Positions 26,002-39,599 of a stretch of 64,000 nucleotides of DNA are shown piece by piece. The notes under the pieces were generated by a model, which saw nothing but the letters and a program-made list of their open reading frames with translations, was not told where the DNA came from and made no database searches. The stretch comes from Alloascoidea hylecoeti (Eukaryota), in the NCBI GenBank assembly GCA_001600815.1, contig BCKZ01000003.1:562581-626580 (forward strand). Reading direction: 5' to 3'. Position 1 is the stretch's first letter. Each line of letters starts with the position of its first letter. The translations under genes and the position numbers were made by a program.

Positions 26002-27168
26002 ATGATTGATCATCCAAAAGTATATATTCCAAAACCAGGTGCTCCTGCTTTACCACCTCAACTTTCAGAACTTGCAAATCAATCAACTGATGAATTTATG
26101 AAAACCCTAAATCGAATGCCATTATTTATGACAGAAATTGATGAAACTGATGGTGAAGGTGGTGAAAATGTTCATTTAGAAGCTTTAAAATCATTAGCTT
26201 ATGATGGAGAACCAGATGAAATAGCAACAAATTTTAAAAATCAAGGAAATGATTGTTTTAAATCAAAAGATTTCAAAAATGCAATTGAATATTATAATAA
26301 AGCATTAGATATAAATTGTAATATTGATTCTATTGATGCTGCTTGTTATGGTAATAGAGCAGCATGTAATTTAGAATTGAAAAATTATAGAAGATGTATT
26401 AATGATTGTAAAGAATGTTTAAAATTAGAGCCAAAAAATATAAAAGCAATTTATAGAACTGGTAAAGCATTTTTTAAAATTGATAAAATTAATGAATCAA
26501 TTCAAATATTACAATATGGTTTATCAATTGATGAAAAAAATTTAGCAATCTTAAAATTATTAAAAGAAATTGGTGAAAGAAAATTAAAACTTGATAAATT
26601 AATTGCTGATAAGAAAAAAAGAGAAGATGATGAAAAATTAAGAAAAGAAATATTAATAAATGCTTTAAAAGTAAGAAATATTATTAATTTTAAAAGAATA
26701 CAAAATGATTATGATGATGATGAACATAATGTTCCTGCAAAGTTGAGATTAGAAGATCCAAAAGATATAGAATCTCAACTTATTTTCCCAACTTTTATAT
26801 TATATCCAACAGTTGATCAATCAGATTTTATTAATAATTTTTCAGAACTTGATACACCATTATCATATTTAAACATGTGCTTTGAACAACAACCAAAATG
26901 GTTTGAAGATGATGAATCATATTCTATTGATTTTAAAATATCAAATTTAGAATGTTATGCTGTCACTACAAAAGGAAGTCTGATTAAAATAGGGAAGAAA
27001 GTAATTATAAATAAATTATTCCAAAATGAAAAAATATCAATAAGATTGGTTGATGGTATGTTTACAATATATGTAGTTCCTAAAAATAAGGCTGTTGAAT
27101 GGATCGCTAAAGAAAAAAATGTTTTACTTCAAAATAAAGAGACTTTAATACCCACAAATCCAGAATAG
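26002..27168 (+). CDS. CNS1: Hsp70/Hsp90 TPR co-chaperone Cns1 (TTC4)
   Basis: PALPPQL..LNRMPLFMT..LEALKSLAYDGEPDEIATNFKNQGN, TPR repeats (NRAACNLELKNYRRCINDC), wheel domain LIFPTFILYP...SDFI. Confidence 0.93.
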   Translation: MIDHPKVYIPKPGAPALPPQLSELANQSTDEFMKTLNRMPLFMTEIDETDGEGGENVHLEALKSLAYDGEPDEIATNFKNQGNDCFKSKDFKNAIEYYNKALDINCNIDSIDAACYGNRAACNLELKNYRRCINDCKECLKLEPKNIKAIYRTGKAFFKIDKINESIQILQYGLSIDEKNLAILKLLKEIGERKLKLDKLIADKKKREDDEKLRKEILINALKVRNIINFKRIQNDYDDDEHNVPAKLRLEDPKDIESQLIFPTFILYPTVDQSDFINNFSELDTPLSYLNMCFEQQPKWFEDDESYSIDFKISNLECYAVTTKGSLIKIGKKVIINKLFQNEKISIRLVDGMFTIYVVPKNKAVEWIAKEKNVLLQNKETLIPTNPE

Positions 27169-27437
27169 ATGATCATGAAAAACTTTTGTTTTAAATTTAT
27201 CATTAAAAGACATAATCTATATTTTTATATATATTATTATACATGCATATTTGGGGTATAACATTCAAAATATATTAGTGTAGTTTTAAATTGTTTTGTA
27301 TTTTTAGTTGTAATTATATAAGCTAGAAATTGCAACTCACTTGCATTTTCTTTTAAATTCCTTCCCAATCCATAAATATTTGCTTTCCACAGGGTATTTA
27401 TTTTCTATAGTACTGATCATAATAATCATAAATATAA

Positions 27438-28880
27438 TTATTTATTGTTATTTTGAGATTTAAATCCCATTTCATTAGCATAATTTTCAATTTCTTGTTG
27501 AGTTAAAACATCTTGTCCTGACCAATTTGCACTCGAACTTCTTGCTCTAAATCTTGAAATACGAGATTTTTTAAAAACTTCTTCCATTTGTAATGGAGCA
27601 ATTGGTCCAAAAACAGTATCTGGATCAATTTTTCTTTGTTGTTCTAATAATTCTTTTAAATCTGGTGAATTTGCCCAATCTTTTAATATACTACCATCAT
27701 CATCATCTTCAGATTCTGAATAAATTTCAGGTAACACTGTTGGTGATGGAACTGGATTTGAATTTATATTTGAAGATGAAGCCCATGATTGTTGATCTTG
27801 TTTATAATATGATGAACTTGATGGTGTTGTGGTATTATTTTGTTGTAGTTGTCTAGTAAAACTACTGTTACTTTGAAAAACATTAGATTTTTTATATGAT
27901 TCATTATTATGTATATTTGAATAATTTTGATTATTACCATTCATATTTGATGATTTAAGATCTGAATATCTTAAAGCAGAAGGGCCATTTTTTGTCTTTG
28001 CATGTTGTAAAACCGCAGCTTTAACTAAACTTTGATTCATTGGCGTAAATTTGTTATTATTATTAACATTACTTTGTCTATTCCCTCCGTTATTATTCGT
28101 AGAACTAGTATCATTATGATACAGTGAACTATTATTCATACCAAGTTTATCATTTCTTGAAATATTACTTGAACGTACAGCTTTTGGCTTATTATTTTGT
28201 TCATCAGTTCTTCTTCTTTTATAATCATTTTGTAATTGATTTGATTGAGGCAATGCTAATTTTGATATTGGTCTCTTTTGCTGAGATGATGTACTTAATC
28301 TCATTGCTTGTTTATTTTCCAATACAGATTTGTGTCTATTATTATTAGATTGTTGTTGTTGTGAGGGTACTGGAGGTAATGGTCTCTCAATACTTTGACG
28401 TTCTAATTTCGAATTCATTAATTTTGATTTATTATAGGCTAATCTATTTGAATCATTTTGATCTAATGAAACAGAAGTTAAACCAAAAGTTTGTTTTTGA
28501 TTTTTTCTTAAAGGTTCTGTATTTACTGCTGATTCAATTGAATGATATTGAGGTTTATTAACAGTTGATGTTCTTAAATTTGTGACTGGTTGTTTTATTA
28601 AATTTGTTTTATTATTATTACCATTACTGTTATTATTATAGTTGTTATTATTGTTGTTTGTATTGTTATTTGTAGTTGTTCGAGGGTCTCTTGTCGATGA
28701 ACCAGGAACTCTAAAATTCCCAAATTTTTTACCATTCTTTAAATCTTTTATATTCATTTTACGAATTGGTTGTTGTGACATATTTGTAACATCTGAAAAT
28801 GGATTTGCTTTTTCAATATTATTATTAATAATTCTTGAATTTAATTCCTTATCAACTAATGTTGATTTCATTTTCAAAGC

Positions 28881-28915
<35 letters not shown>

Positions 28916-31002
28916 CATTTTCAGTAACTTTTTCATTATTACTTAGCCTCCTAACAGATTTCATAAATCCAGGATTATATCTCTTAGTTGGAGAAGCAGG
29001 TCTTGATTTACCAGATACAGTCGATGATTTAATAGGAGATCCAGGTCTTGAGAGTGGCTTCCCACCAGCAGTAGTAGGTTTAGATTTTACTGGAGATCTT
29101 GATACTTTAAGATTATTCTCAATTATAGGATATAGTGGTTTGTTGTTATGTTTTGCTAATGGACTTTCAGAATATGCATAGTTTAAATTATCATTATTAT
29201 TATTAATATTAATAAATTTTGATGAAATTATTGTATTATTTTTAGCAGCACTTGCTGCTGTTGGAGCCATTAAACGTGATAAAAGATTATCAGCTTTTTG
29301 TCTTTTTGCTGGATTACCTTCATCATTTTCTTCATTTTCTTCAATAGATTTCCTAGAATTTAAAGGATTTTGAACGGTTGGATTTCTATCTTTAAATATA
29401 TTTTTAGTTAATTGGAAAATTTTATCAATTTTAGTCATTGGTGAATTATTCTCTTTTACTTGTAATGTTGGTGCAGGTGATGGTGATGAATCAATTTTAT
29501 CATTATTATATTTTTCATTACTAATTGTAGGTACAATTTGTTTCAATGGACTTATTGACGATGGTAAAATTTCATTGTTTTCATTGTTTTCATTATTTTC
29601 ATCATTTAAAGTATTAACATGAATAGATGTTGTTGATAATGATGATAATGGTGGAAGGATTTCTTCATTATTGGTTGGTAATTGTGTTAATTCTTTCTTT
29701 TTAGTTGGAGATTCAGTATCATTCTTTAAAATAACAGGATATAATGATATAGGTTGTTGTTGTTTTATTGGAGAATTTAATGAATCATGAGACCTTTTAA
29801 TCCCCCGCGATGGTGAAGTAGCAGAATTTAAAACAGAAACTTTAATATTTTTTACTTCTTGTTTATTAGATGGTGGAATTAGTTTCCTCGACGTTAATGG
29901 TTCTCTGCGTGGTAAAGATTTAAATTCAAAAGGCGTTGTAGTAGTAGTAGGAGTAACAGCATTTCCATTTGATAATTTTGAATTAAATATAGTGTGATCA
30001 GAACCAGCATCATCCGGATTTTTTAAAGGTAATTTAATTGGTTGAGTGATATTCTCAATGAAAGGACTTGAATTTGAATCATCAACAGATTCATTAGTAT
30101 TTTCAATTATCGTTGGTGATTTTATATATTCAGAAGCGTCGATGAAATCATTTTCTGGATCTGGATCTGGATCTGGTAATGATGCTGCACTAACAAAAGA
30201 AGCATCCGTGCCTTCTGTTGAAGTTGTTTTCCTTTTATTAGATTTTCTAACTGATCGACTGATAGCTGTAAATGAATCATCCTTTTTATCAATATCACTA
30301 ACATTATCATTATCATCAAAAAGCATATTGGCATCATCATCGAGAAGTTTATTTTTACCATTTAAAGTTTTTGGTTCTTCTCCTTCGTTTTCATCATCAA
30401 CGCGCACCAAAGAATCCTTTTCTGGAGTTGTTACTGGTGATGAATTAACAGAGCTTACTTGTTTTTCAACAAATGATACTTTTGACTTACTTCCAAATGA
30501 TGAAATTGACCCAGCAGCGGAATCATCATGATCAACATCAGAAGTTGAGGGTTGAAAAGATTTTAATTGTTGGGAGAAAGGTGGTGGTGGTAATTGTTTA
30601 GATTTCATTGCAGATTTTAAAGATCTTTGCTTTATTGGTGATAAATTATGTAAATACTTCCTTGGTGATAAAGATCTAAGATTTTTAAATGGAGAATTGG
30701 CAGATTTTATCTTTGATGGAGATTGTAATAATAAGCATTGGTCCCTAACTTGTTAGTTCAAAAAAGATGATGATGAGATAAAGTATCCAAAAAACATACT
30801 TTTTGTTATCATCCAAAGCTTCTGTCATATGCTCATTGATCCAATTCAGCTCTGCCTGTGCAGCATACGCGAAATGTTCCATATCCGCCAGGACCAAAGT
30901 ACTCATTGCTACCATCTCATTAGAGACCCATTGGGAAGAGCCGGGAACCGTGTTGTCCTTTTTCAACTGCGAAGGATAGGCCCAAAAGTTCTGAAACGAC
31001 AT
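27438..31002 (-). CDS. SLI15: Inner centromere protein INCENP/Sli15 (1169 aa, 1 intron)
   Basis: C-terminal IN-box LPEIYSESEDDDDGSILKDWANSPDL...DPDTVFG...RFRARSSSANWSGQD; N-terminal fungal INCENP helix PGSSQWV...ELNWINEHM. Exon 1 31002-30800; intron 30799-30745 (GTATGT..ACTAAC..TAG); exon 2 is in frame with ORF 27438-30608. Confidence 0.9.
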
Positions 31003-31201
31003 TTTTCGATTTATTTCGACTGCTCCCGACGCGCACGTGTATTTTAATTGTGTTGAGAGGAAAACGAGTTTCTTGACGAGACGGAGGGAAAAAAGAAGGT
31101 TTGCTGAAGTCGACTGTTGTCATGCCGTTGCTATGCCAATGCTCGCACGCGATCACGTGGTCTCACAATAATGGTCTCTGTGAGTATCGCTAGACACAAA
31201 T

Positions 31202-32148
31202 TCAGTAATTTATATAACCACCTTTTGCTTCTATAACTAGGTTTAGTCGCTTAGGCATCGATTCTATGAGTCTGTCAAAATATGAATGATTTATACTATC
31301 ATAGCTCTGGATGCACTTCTGAAAGGCGTCTTCGAACCGTAGCTACACCTCCTTTCATGGTGGCGATTTCTTTATGTTGTTTTCTCAGCTCAATTTTGAG
31401 CTTATGCCACGCGTTTTCAATGGGATTTAGGTCTGGAGAGTTGGAAGGCCAAACTAGCTGATTAACCTGATATTCCTCCAAAAGCTCTCAGCTTTTTTTA
31501 GAATTGTGAATGGGTGCATTATCCTGTTGGAAAATAGCACCTTCAAACTCCCGAATAAAAAGTATAGCTACTAGTTTTAACACTTCTTCTATGTATCTCT
31601 CAGAATTAATCGCACCAGCATCAAAAGTTACCAATTGGGAACGTTTTTGACCCCCAAAGGCTCCCCACACCATCACGGAGACATTTTTGGCTTTAAATCT
31701 TGGTACCATATACTTTGTATTGTATCTATCACAAATCATCAATGGTAAAATGCAAATATTTCTTAGCAAAAAAGAGTCGGTCAGCTTTGTGTTTATCCGT
31801 TAACATAGGTTTCTCTTGCATTTTTTTCCATTCATAATTGTGTTTCTTTATTGTTCTCCGAATGGTGATAGGTGCCACTTCATATCTCTCCGAAGCTGTC
31901 AATTCTTTGACATTTTTTGTTGGACTTCTTTGCAATTCCCTTACTAAGGATCTACAATCTTAGGAACATAACTTCGGTTTCTTAGAAGCTGTGCTATAAT
32001 TATCTACAGTGCCGGTATTTTTGTAACGTTTCCGGACGCGTCTTGCTGTACTTAGATTAACACCTATAATTCTTGCAGTTTGACTATAATTTTCACCTTC
32101 ATCAACCAAATGAACAATATGATACTTTTCTTCATCAGTTAACCTCAT
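31202..32148 (-). mobile_element. Tc1-family (DD34E) transposase pseudogene, family 1
   Basis: MRLTDEEKYHIVHL..SQTARIIGVNLSTARR (HTH), EKPMLTDKHKADRLFFAK, SVMVWGAFG, FQQDNAPIH-34 aa-WPSNSPDLNPIENAW, ESMPKRLNLVIEAKGGYINY*. Frameshifts, an in-frame stop at 31488-31490, and a deletion of the first-Asp (WSDE) segment. No TIRs identified. Confidence 0.93.
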
Positions 32149-32842
32149 AAATATTTTTACGTGTCGCAGAAGAAAAAAAAAGTTGGGCAATACCACAGAT
32201 GACCCACTATATATACAACTCATCCAATTGAAGATATTACTATTTTTCATAATACCTACTGTATTTTTATATAGTACACAAATATGTTGTACTGTAATTT
32301 GTGGCAGTTTGGGTATCGGTAGGTATAAATCATGCAGAAGTAATACGAGATGAGATGCATGAAGTGTTTACTCTTTAGTATCTTTATTAGGATGCGAAGC
32401 AACAGGAATTACTCTTAGCCTCCTGTCCTGCATATCAATACTATATAATCATAGAATATGATAATCAATCTCACTTACCCAGTTATTTAACTTATTTTTA
32501 GACTTTCTGAAAAAAAAACCAGTGCATATAGTCCTACCTATTTTTTGTTATTCTAACTTTAGGTCATTGGATTTCATATATATATATATATATGCTCTGT
32601 CTTTAAAGCTTTGAGATATCGTATGTAAAGCGCTATACTTATCTATTTTAAAATCGGGAAAAACATTGCAATTTAACTAGAACTGCCGATAATATTTGAT
32701 TAAAGTATGGATATATAGCTAAGTGCACTCCCGTTTTTTCTTTACACCACCTTCCAATGAAATCCATATATATATGTTCAATTGCAATAATTCAAAGCAT
32801 AATTTTAAATATCTCGAAGCTTCAACTACACATTTCACTGAC

Positions 32843-33703
32843 ATGAGTTTTGACATGAGTTTTAATGAAATTAATGAGTGGCTCGGTTGGGACACATTAA
32901 ATGATAACGTTAACTATGAAGAAATTATCCCAGCTGATACCATCATAATTAGCAGTCCTAAATTCAGTACCCCCACTAGCTATAGCAGTGATACTCCAAC
33001 TACAGAATTGAAGAGGCAAATCTATCCTTACTATTTTGACAATATACTTGAGGCAAATGGTAAAGTTTTCAATGGTAATGGAGGTACTCGAGGTTGGTTT
33101 GAGTATTGTATGCAATGGTTTGATCTTGACATCGGATGTTATTGCACAAATGAACAAGAATTAAAATATGCAATCTGGTTATACTTTACAGCCAAACTTA
33201 AAATCCCAATATATCAAAGAAAAACATTTAAAAATACAATAGGAAAACGATCCTATGAATATAGTTGTAAAAATTGTGGTAAAGTTGTGATTAACTTTAA
33301 TCAAACAAAATCACAAATGGGATATGGCTCTACCGCTGTGATAAATAAATGGGAAGTTGAAGAGATAGATAAAAATCATATTGATCATTGTACTATGCAT
33401 ACAGATGATTTCGACAGAACACCTGGAAGGAGAAAATGTATGCATCTAAGAGACCTAATAAAAACAATCGAAAATAAAGAGGGTAATAATAACACTATAA
33501 CTCATTCACAAATCCGCGAGATAACAGTTGATATTTTGCAAGACATATATTTTGGAAGAGCTTTCTGCTTTAAATATGTGGCATTCACAGTGGTTGATCC
33601 TAATGGAAATATAATTCGATTGAGTACCGATACATTAACTTATTATGCTATAAAATCTGATAGAGCGCGGTTTGTTAGAATGACACGACCAATTTTTAAG
33701 TGA
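32843..33703 (+). CDS. Orphan zinc-finger family copy A (MULE/WRKY-GCM1-like DNA-binding domain, no DDE)
   Basis: Intact ORF; ATG at 32843 or 32855 by alignment with paralogs. Core NGKVFNGNGGTRGWF..FDLDIG..NEQELKYAIWLYF..YEYSCKNC..KWEV..NHIDHC..IREITVDILQDIY. Confidence 0.75.
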   Translation: MSFDMSFNEINEWLGWDTLNDNVNYEEIIPADTIIISSPKFSTPTSYSSDTPTTELKRQIYPYYFDNILEANGKVFNGNGGTRGWFEYCMQWFDLDIGCYCTNEQELKYAIWLYFTAKLKIPIYQRKTFKNTIGKRSYEYSCKNCGKVVINFNQTKSQMGYGSTAVINKWEVEEIDKNHIDHCTMHTDDFDRTPGRRKCMHLRDLIKTIENKEGNNNTITHSQIREITVDILQDIYFGRAFCFKYVAFTVVDPNGNIIRLSTDTLTYYAIKSDRARFVRMTRPIFK

Positions 33704-34499
33704 TGATGCATTTCATAAATGAATTTTCTTTTTCTTCTATACGATGTTGTTCATAATAAAAACTGTTAATTTTAAAAATGGATGTATGTGGGTATACCGT
33801 TAATATAATAGAAAAAAATTAATCAAAATCAATTGAATTGAAATTAGAATAGAACCCTAATCAATTATTGGATGGAACCCCAACTAATTTCTATACTAAA
33901 CCCCTATTATTTATCACAAGCATCACTAAACCCACGTGCACATTTTTCCTTCTTAAATATATGACTTTACTTTCTATTCAACATCTTTCTTATTTATCCG
34001 TTTTTATATAAAGAGAAATGTAGTCTCCCATTTAGAAAGATATAGCTTTTATAACATGGAGTATCTACCAGTAAAATAAAAATTAAATTACCTAAATGTT
34101 TAACAGTAATAATTCATAATATTAGTCATCACTTACAAATGATAGGGTAAATATCTTCCATTCGGCATCAGCGTGCCCACAAGGGTGTAATCCCCAGCTA
34201 TTGAGGTCAACAATAACAAAGCTAAGTGAAAACTGGAGAAAATGTTACCAAATAATCAGGTGACTTCCATGTGATCAAAAGAAGGAACCAAGATGCTAAC
34301 AACCAAACAACCAAAAAATCAAAGTGGAAATTTACCGTGACTCATCCTATATATAACATTACATAATTTAATATTATTTGCTTTATTTATTTAAAGGGAG
34401 GTAGTATAAACTGTTGGATATATTACACTCTTGGAACAGTTCACTAAAGAGTCGATTGGCTTTTTGGCGCAACTGGGAGAACAGGCACTTTGAACTTTA

Positions 34500-34730
34500 A
34501 CATAAACGATCAAAAATAAACACTAATATTCAATGGAAAATCCGCGAAATAACTACCGATAATTTAAAAGACATAATATATTTCGGAAGAACTCTATGCG
34601 ATTCATACATGGGGATCACAGAGGTTAATAATTATAAAAATATATATCAATTGGCTACTGATGAAGCGTTTCACAATCCTATAAGATCGGAAAGCGGTTT
34701 CTTCAAAACACAGAATTAAGTTTTATATGC
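34500..34730 (+). pseudogene. Orphan zinc-finger family, 3' fragment
   Basis: TIKNK..NIQWKIREITTDNLKD..YFGRTLCDSYMGITEVNNYKNIYQLATDEAFHNPIRS aligns with the C-terminal third of copies A, C and E; the downstream flank resembles the 3' flanks of A and E. Confidence 0.75.
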
Positions 34731-35054
34731 CTAATTTTTAAATAAAATCTCTCTCTTTTATACATGATGTTTCGCCAAAAAACTGATTTTAAATAAAGGT
34801 GTATACATATACAGTCTATAAAATTGACACTACCGTTAATAGACAAACCCTAATATATGAAATCCGCTATTATAGAACAATTTTTCAAATTAATATTACT
34901 CCAGCAATCCCAATTAATTCAGCCGACTCAGTCAACTCAGCTTCTTCTGTTATTTCTGCTCACGTAAACGTATACTCTAATCATAAAATAGACATTCTAT
35001 CTGACTACATATTGATGAAGTAAATGTTTCAATGTATCCAAAATATCTTCCCAA

Positions 35055-35680
35055 ATGTTTACATTACTTCTGGGTGTTCTTAATACAATATCACAAAATT
35101 CTGATTTTTAAATTTGGAACACTGATGGAGCAAGTGCACACACAATCAACGTTAGACTCTTCATTTTACCTGATCAAACTAATGCAGATGTTAGCTGTTT
35201 CTTGATTTGGTCCTCTAAAGAAGTTGTTGAAATGAATTCATGATGAGAAGCTTTTAACAAAACCCATCAACATCAATCTCAAAAAAGAAAGATTTTGTTA
35301 TGTTATATTAGAAGTTAAGCGCTGAGACTATAACCTCCAAAATAATATGTTCGGGTATTTTAATGATTGGAATTTAGCCATTTAACTTCTGGACGCGTGG
35401 TTGATATAAGATGGCCGATGATCTCATGGTGCAAGATTTATAATCTCAAGATTCCATCACAGTTCTCGAAGATTCCCTAAAAACTAATTGAAGTGGAATA
35501 CAAACATATTTAGTTTAGATAAAACACTAATTGCACATAATCCACCAAAAAATAGCAAATAGAGACATACATATATGTGTTGCAAGCTTAGAGCTAGTGG
35601 TCTAATCCGTATCCGCTCACACCGCAACATTCACAAAAACAAACATCAAACATATATCAGATTTATGAGATTAATTATAT
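35055..35680. repeat. Dispersed repeat X, long copy
   Basis: Colinear with 47845-48430 (tacattacttc..cttaataca; gcagatg..tgtttc; gattggaattt.gcc; gcgtggttgatataagat; gtgcaaga; gttctcgaagat.cc.t.aaaact). Confidence 0.75.
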
Positions 35681-36090
35681 TAATGTAATTTTATTTGTAA
35701 TAATTTATGCTTGATAGTGAACTCTTATAATTCGTGGTTGCAAATTGCAATGCAACAACATTATTATATTTTGTTAGATATAAAGGATTGTCTTTAAAGA
35801 TTGTTTTTGTGATTAGTTTATGAAATGAGGCTCGATGTTTAGAACTTACTATATAGTCATTTCTACTTGTTTTTATAGAACAGATATATATATGATAATA
35901 TACAGATAATAACTATTCTTTAAAATATGTCATCAGATACAAAAGAGGTATAAAGTCCCGATTATGGTTTATAGAATATACTTTAATACTTAATTATATT
36001 TTGGGATTATTGCCGCTCGCTCAGTCACTCATAATAAATTTGTTTCGGTGAATCCAGATATGGTATAATTGTATGGAATATTAATTATAA

Positions 36091-36160
36091 TTAACATTTA
36101 CATTCCTTTTGACATCTGCAAGTACTAGTATCACCACAAGAACAAACTTTTATGTTCAAA
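36091..36160 (-). pseudogene. Metallothionein 3' relic
   Basis: Minus strand reads NIKVCSCGDTSTCRCQKECKC*, matching the C-terminus of the MT at 57059; the 3' flank 36010-36090 matches 56985-57060. The 5' part is missing. Confidence 0.8.
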
Positions 36161-36299
36161 AAAAAGAAGAAAAAGGAATAGATGTCAGCCACTTGTTATA
36201 CATTGAAAGGACCTAAAAGATCCTAAATTTAATAAGACAGATTATAAATTTTTAAAATCTGTCTTAGAACACTTAGAACACAAGAGCAAACTGCATATA

Positions 36300-36800
36300 C
36301 GATCAAGTCTAAAGTTGTACCTTTTTCCTGAAACCACTCCATATAAAAATGCATTTTGAAAATCCACAACATTGACTACTAGAATACTGTCAATCGCGAT
36401 TTAGGTAATAGTAGCCCCTTGAAGAAATTGTAACCAACTAAGCGAATTGAAATTCTCACTATCCAAAATAGGCAAAAGGTTTAATATAAATCTTTCAAAT
36501 ATGCGGTTTATATAAATATGGCAGTAACTCTTTGTGTAAACCCTTCCCCGAAGAAGTTGGAATGACAAACATTTTTTGAGAGAGCGGCAAATTAAAGGTT
36601 GTAAAAGGCCTTCCCATTGAAGACGTTTCAAGTGCTTACTTGAAAGTTCAACATTGATATATCGAAGCCCACCCTAATAACTAATAACCCTTTTGAAAAA
36701 ACATGAATATGGTTTCTGAATGAGCAGAATCAAAGGAAGAATATTATAATTATATGATCTAAATATTTGGAGTGGAAGTGTGGGTGTTGTATTTAGACTG
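36300..36800 (+). mobile_element. Tc1-like family 2 relic (left end and 5' transposase)
   Basis: Homologous to 38580, 41630, 48935 and 57560 copies (tccaaaataggcaaaagg.. = SKIGKRLNI HTH; aaccc.tttgaaa; ttctgaatgag..caaagga). Confidence 0.6.
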
Positions 36801-37502
36801 ATAATTGTTCTAGCTATGGTGTGGGTATGCATATGCATAGTAATCTGGAAGAGTTTAGGATTATTTTATAACCAGTTTTTTACATGAGCTATAAAGATAT
36901 TTCATCAAATGTATACCAATATTAGATTTTGTATGGATATATTTCTCGATTCATACAGCATCATACATAGTTAATATCAACTTGGTGATATTACTATCAT
37001 TTTGAATACTCACCGTTTTATATAGATTATAAAATTGTGGCTGTTCATGGGTACATACTATTACTACATACGTATGGTACATGCATAGCATGATACCAGC
37101 CTTAAATTTCTCAAAACTAATATTAAATACACGCAATGAATGTAAGTTTTAATATAGAGTTAGGTTTATGCTTGTCGTATAAGAAGATAAATACATTTAA
37201 AATACACCCAAACTAACACTATTATGTAACTTATTTTTAGACTTTCTAATAAAAGCCAAAATGAGTTTAATTCTGGCCGAGTAATTTTGTTCTTACTTAT
37301 TGACATTTGACCTTACGTATGTGTTTCATTTTCTATCCTTTAAAATAATCGAGATATACATGTATTTAATTAGATTTAAATGTCTTGCTATTGCACTTGG
37401 TTTGCAATTTAAATCACTTTCTCATAAAATTCAGATATATGTTCAATCGCAATAATTCAAAGCATCAAATATCTCAGAAAATCAACACATTTTATTTATA
37501 TC

Positions 37503-38325
37503 ATGAATTCTGATGAAATCAATAAGTTGCCTGATTGGGACCAAGGTACATTAGACGACAACTATAAAACGATTATTGAGCAGTCTGAGCTCCAGTCCTA
37601 GTACTAGTCACAGTAGTGATACTTCACCTAGAGTATCGAGAAGTCACATACATCCTCATTATTTAGACAAAACACTTCAGGAGAATGGTAAAGTCTTTAA
37701 TGGAAATGGAGGTACTCGAGGTTGGTTTGGGTATTGCATGCAATGGTTTGATCTTGGTATTGGATACTATTGCACAAATGAACAAGAATTAAAATATGCA
37801 ATCTGGTTATACTTTACAGCCAAACTCAAAATGTCTGTACATCTAAGAAAAACATTAATAAATAAAAAAGGAGAAAAATGTTATGAATATAGTTGTAAAA
37901 ATTGTGATAAATCTGTGATTACTTATACTCAGAAAAAATCACAAATGAAATCTAGTTCTATCGCTGTAATGACCAAATGGGAAGTTGAAAAGATAGTTGA
38001 AAATCATGATGATCATTGTAACATACATTCAAATGATAAAACACTAGGGAGGATAAAATGTATGTATTTAGAAGACCTAATAAAAACAATCAAAAATAAA
38101 GAGGGTAACACTAATAATCAATCGCAAATCCGCGAGATAACAGTCGATATTTTGCAAGATATATATCTCGGAAGAGCTTTCTGCTATTCATATGTGGCAT
38201 TTACAGAGGTTGATCCTAATGGAAATATAATTCGAGTAGGTACGGATAAATCTACTTATAATGCTATAAAAGCTGGTAGAGGTCAATTTCTTAGAATAAC
38301 ACGGCCAATTTTTAAGATTATATAA
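37503..38325 (+). pseudogene. Orphan zinc-finger family copy B (frameshifted near 5' end)
   Basis: Nearly identical to copy C (43507-44355) but lacks 23 nt (tcacagcagcggctaataccacc), so the ATG at 37503 reaches a TAG after about 32 codons. The listed 37576 ORF starts at TTG. Confidence 0.85.
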
Positions 38326-38579
38326 TTAAAATTTTACTAGAAAATTTAAGTTAACACGAGGTAGATTTATAATGCAATACTAACAATCTCTTTTGATAGA
38401 GTGATTTTATAAAATGTTAAAAACTTTTTACCTGATAACTAATAATGATATGTGAACTGCCGATCGTCTATTAAGGTTGTTAAGCTTTTTCAGAGATCCC
38501 TCCAAAAAATAAACCATCTTCTTAATTATATATATAATGGCTTCTAGAATTCAACATCTTTCTTGTAACTTTAACTCTA

Positions 38580-39590
38580 AAAAGAAATTCCAACCAGCTG
38601 AGCGGATTGAAGTGTTTAATCTGAATAAACATGGTTTCTTAATTGTCGAAATAGGCAGACAGCTAAATATTTCCTCCTTAAAGTGTGAAGTTCAGTGTTA
38701 AGATATACTCCGACAGCTTTTCTCGCAAAAACTTCTCCCCAAACAAAAGAGTCTTAGGCAGTTAATAAAAGGAGTTTAAATCGAATTCTGAGGGTTGTAA
38801 AAATTTTCTTCGAATATGTTTTGGGACCTGGCTTCAAAGTTCAATCTTAAAGTATCAAAGATCATATAAGAACCTCTGTGAAAACATGAATGTGGAATAT
38901 TTTCGGTATCTAACGGTCCTTTTCTGAATTAGAAGCACCAATGGAGAATAATGATATATATAGTACAAATCTAAATTGGATTATTAATGGGACGTTTGTG
39001 GTGATGTTGTAATTACTAACTAATGTTCGGTCGCTAAAGGAAAAGTATATGCTCGACATTAAATTCAAAATATTTATAGAATGCAGGAGCTAAAGTCTTG
39101 GTCTATGAGACTTCTAGTCTGTGGTGAAATTTGGAAAGATATTTGTGCCTTACGATATATGCATATGGTATATAGAGTAGTTGGGGTCTCAATTGCACAA
39201 AGCCAGCGCAGGTTCCTAGGTAAATATAATTTCTAAGAGGGGCCATTTCTGAGGGTATCTTATTCAACAACGATAGCACACCTATTCATTAAGCAAGAAT
39301 CCCTTTGAATTAGTTTTGTGGTAATGAGATAGAGGTGCTGAAGTGGCCACCTTTTTCACTGGTCTGATCCATTTGAGGGCAATTGGGAATATCCTCAAAA
39401 ATGTTCATCACAAGAAAGGAATTATGATTATGAGCCTTCCATGCAGTGTAGAAATTATGAAGGATCTATGTTTTGAATTTTTCAAATTATTGGGAATTAT
39501 AGATCATTCAAGAATATCAGTGATAATCTTACTCCATGATCTTTACGGCGGCATCCGTTTAGAGGGATATGGGACGAACTACATTAGGGT
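38580..39590 (+). mobile_element. Tc1-like family 2 transposase relic, near full length
   Basis: PAERIEVFNLNKHGFLIVEIGRQLNIS (HTH); GPFLN; GILFNNDSTPIH*AR..NEIEVLKWPPFS (decayed QQDNAPIH...WPPxSPDLNPIE); LEGYGTNY at the end. Many stops and indels. Confidence 0.8.
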
Positions 39591-39599
39591 TCCACTCCA

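Noticed and set aside
28642..29181. ORF with a poly-Cys run
   Set aside because: Antisense to the SLI15 poly-Gln (CAA)n tract; not a metallothionein.
31150..32300. TIRs and TA target-site duplication of the family-1 Tc1
   Set aside because: ACTGTA at about 32291 has no convincing inverted partner at the other end.
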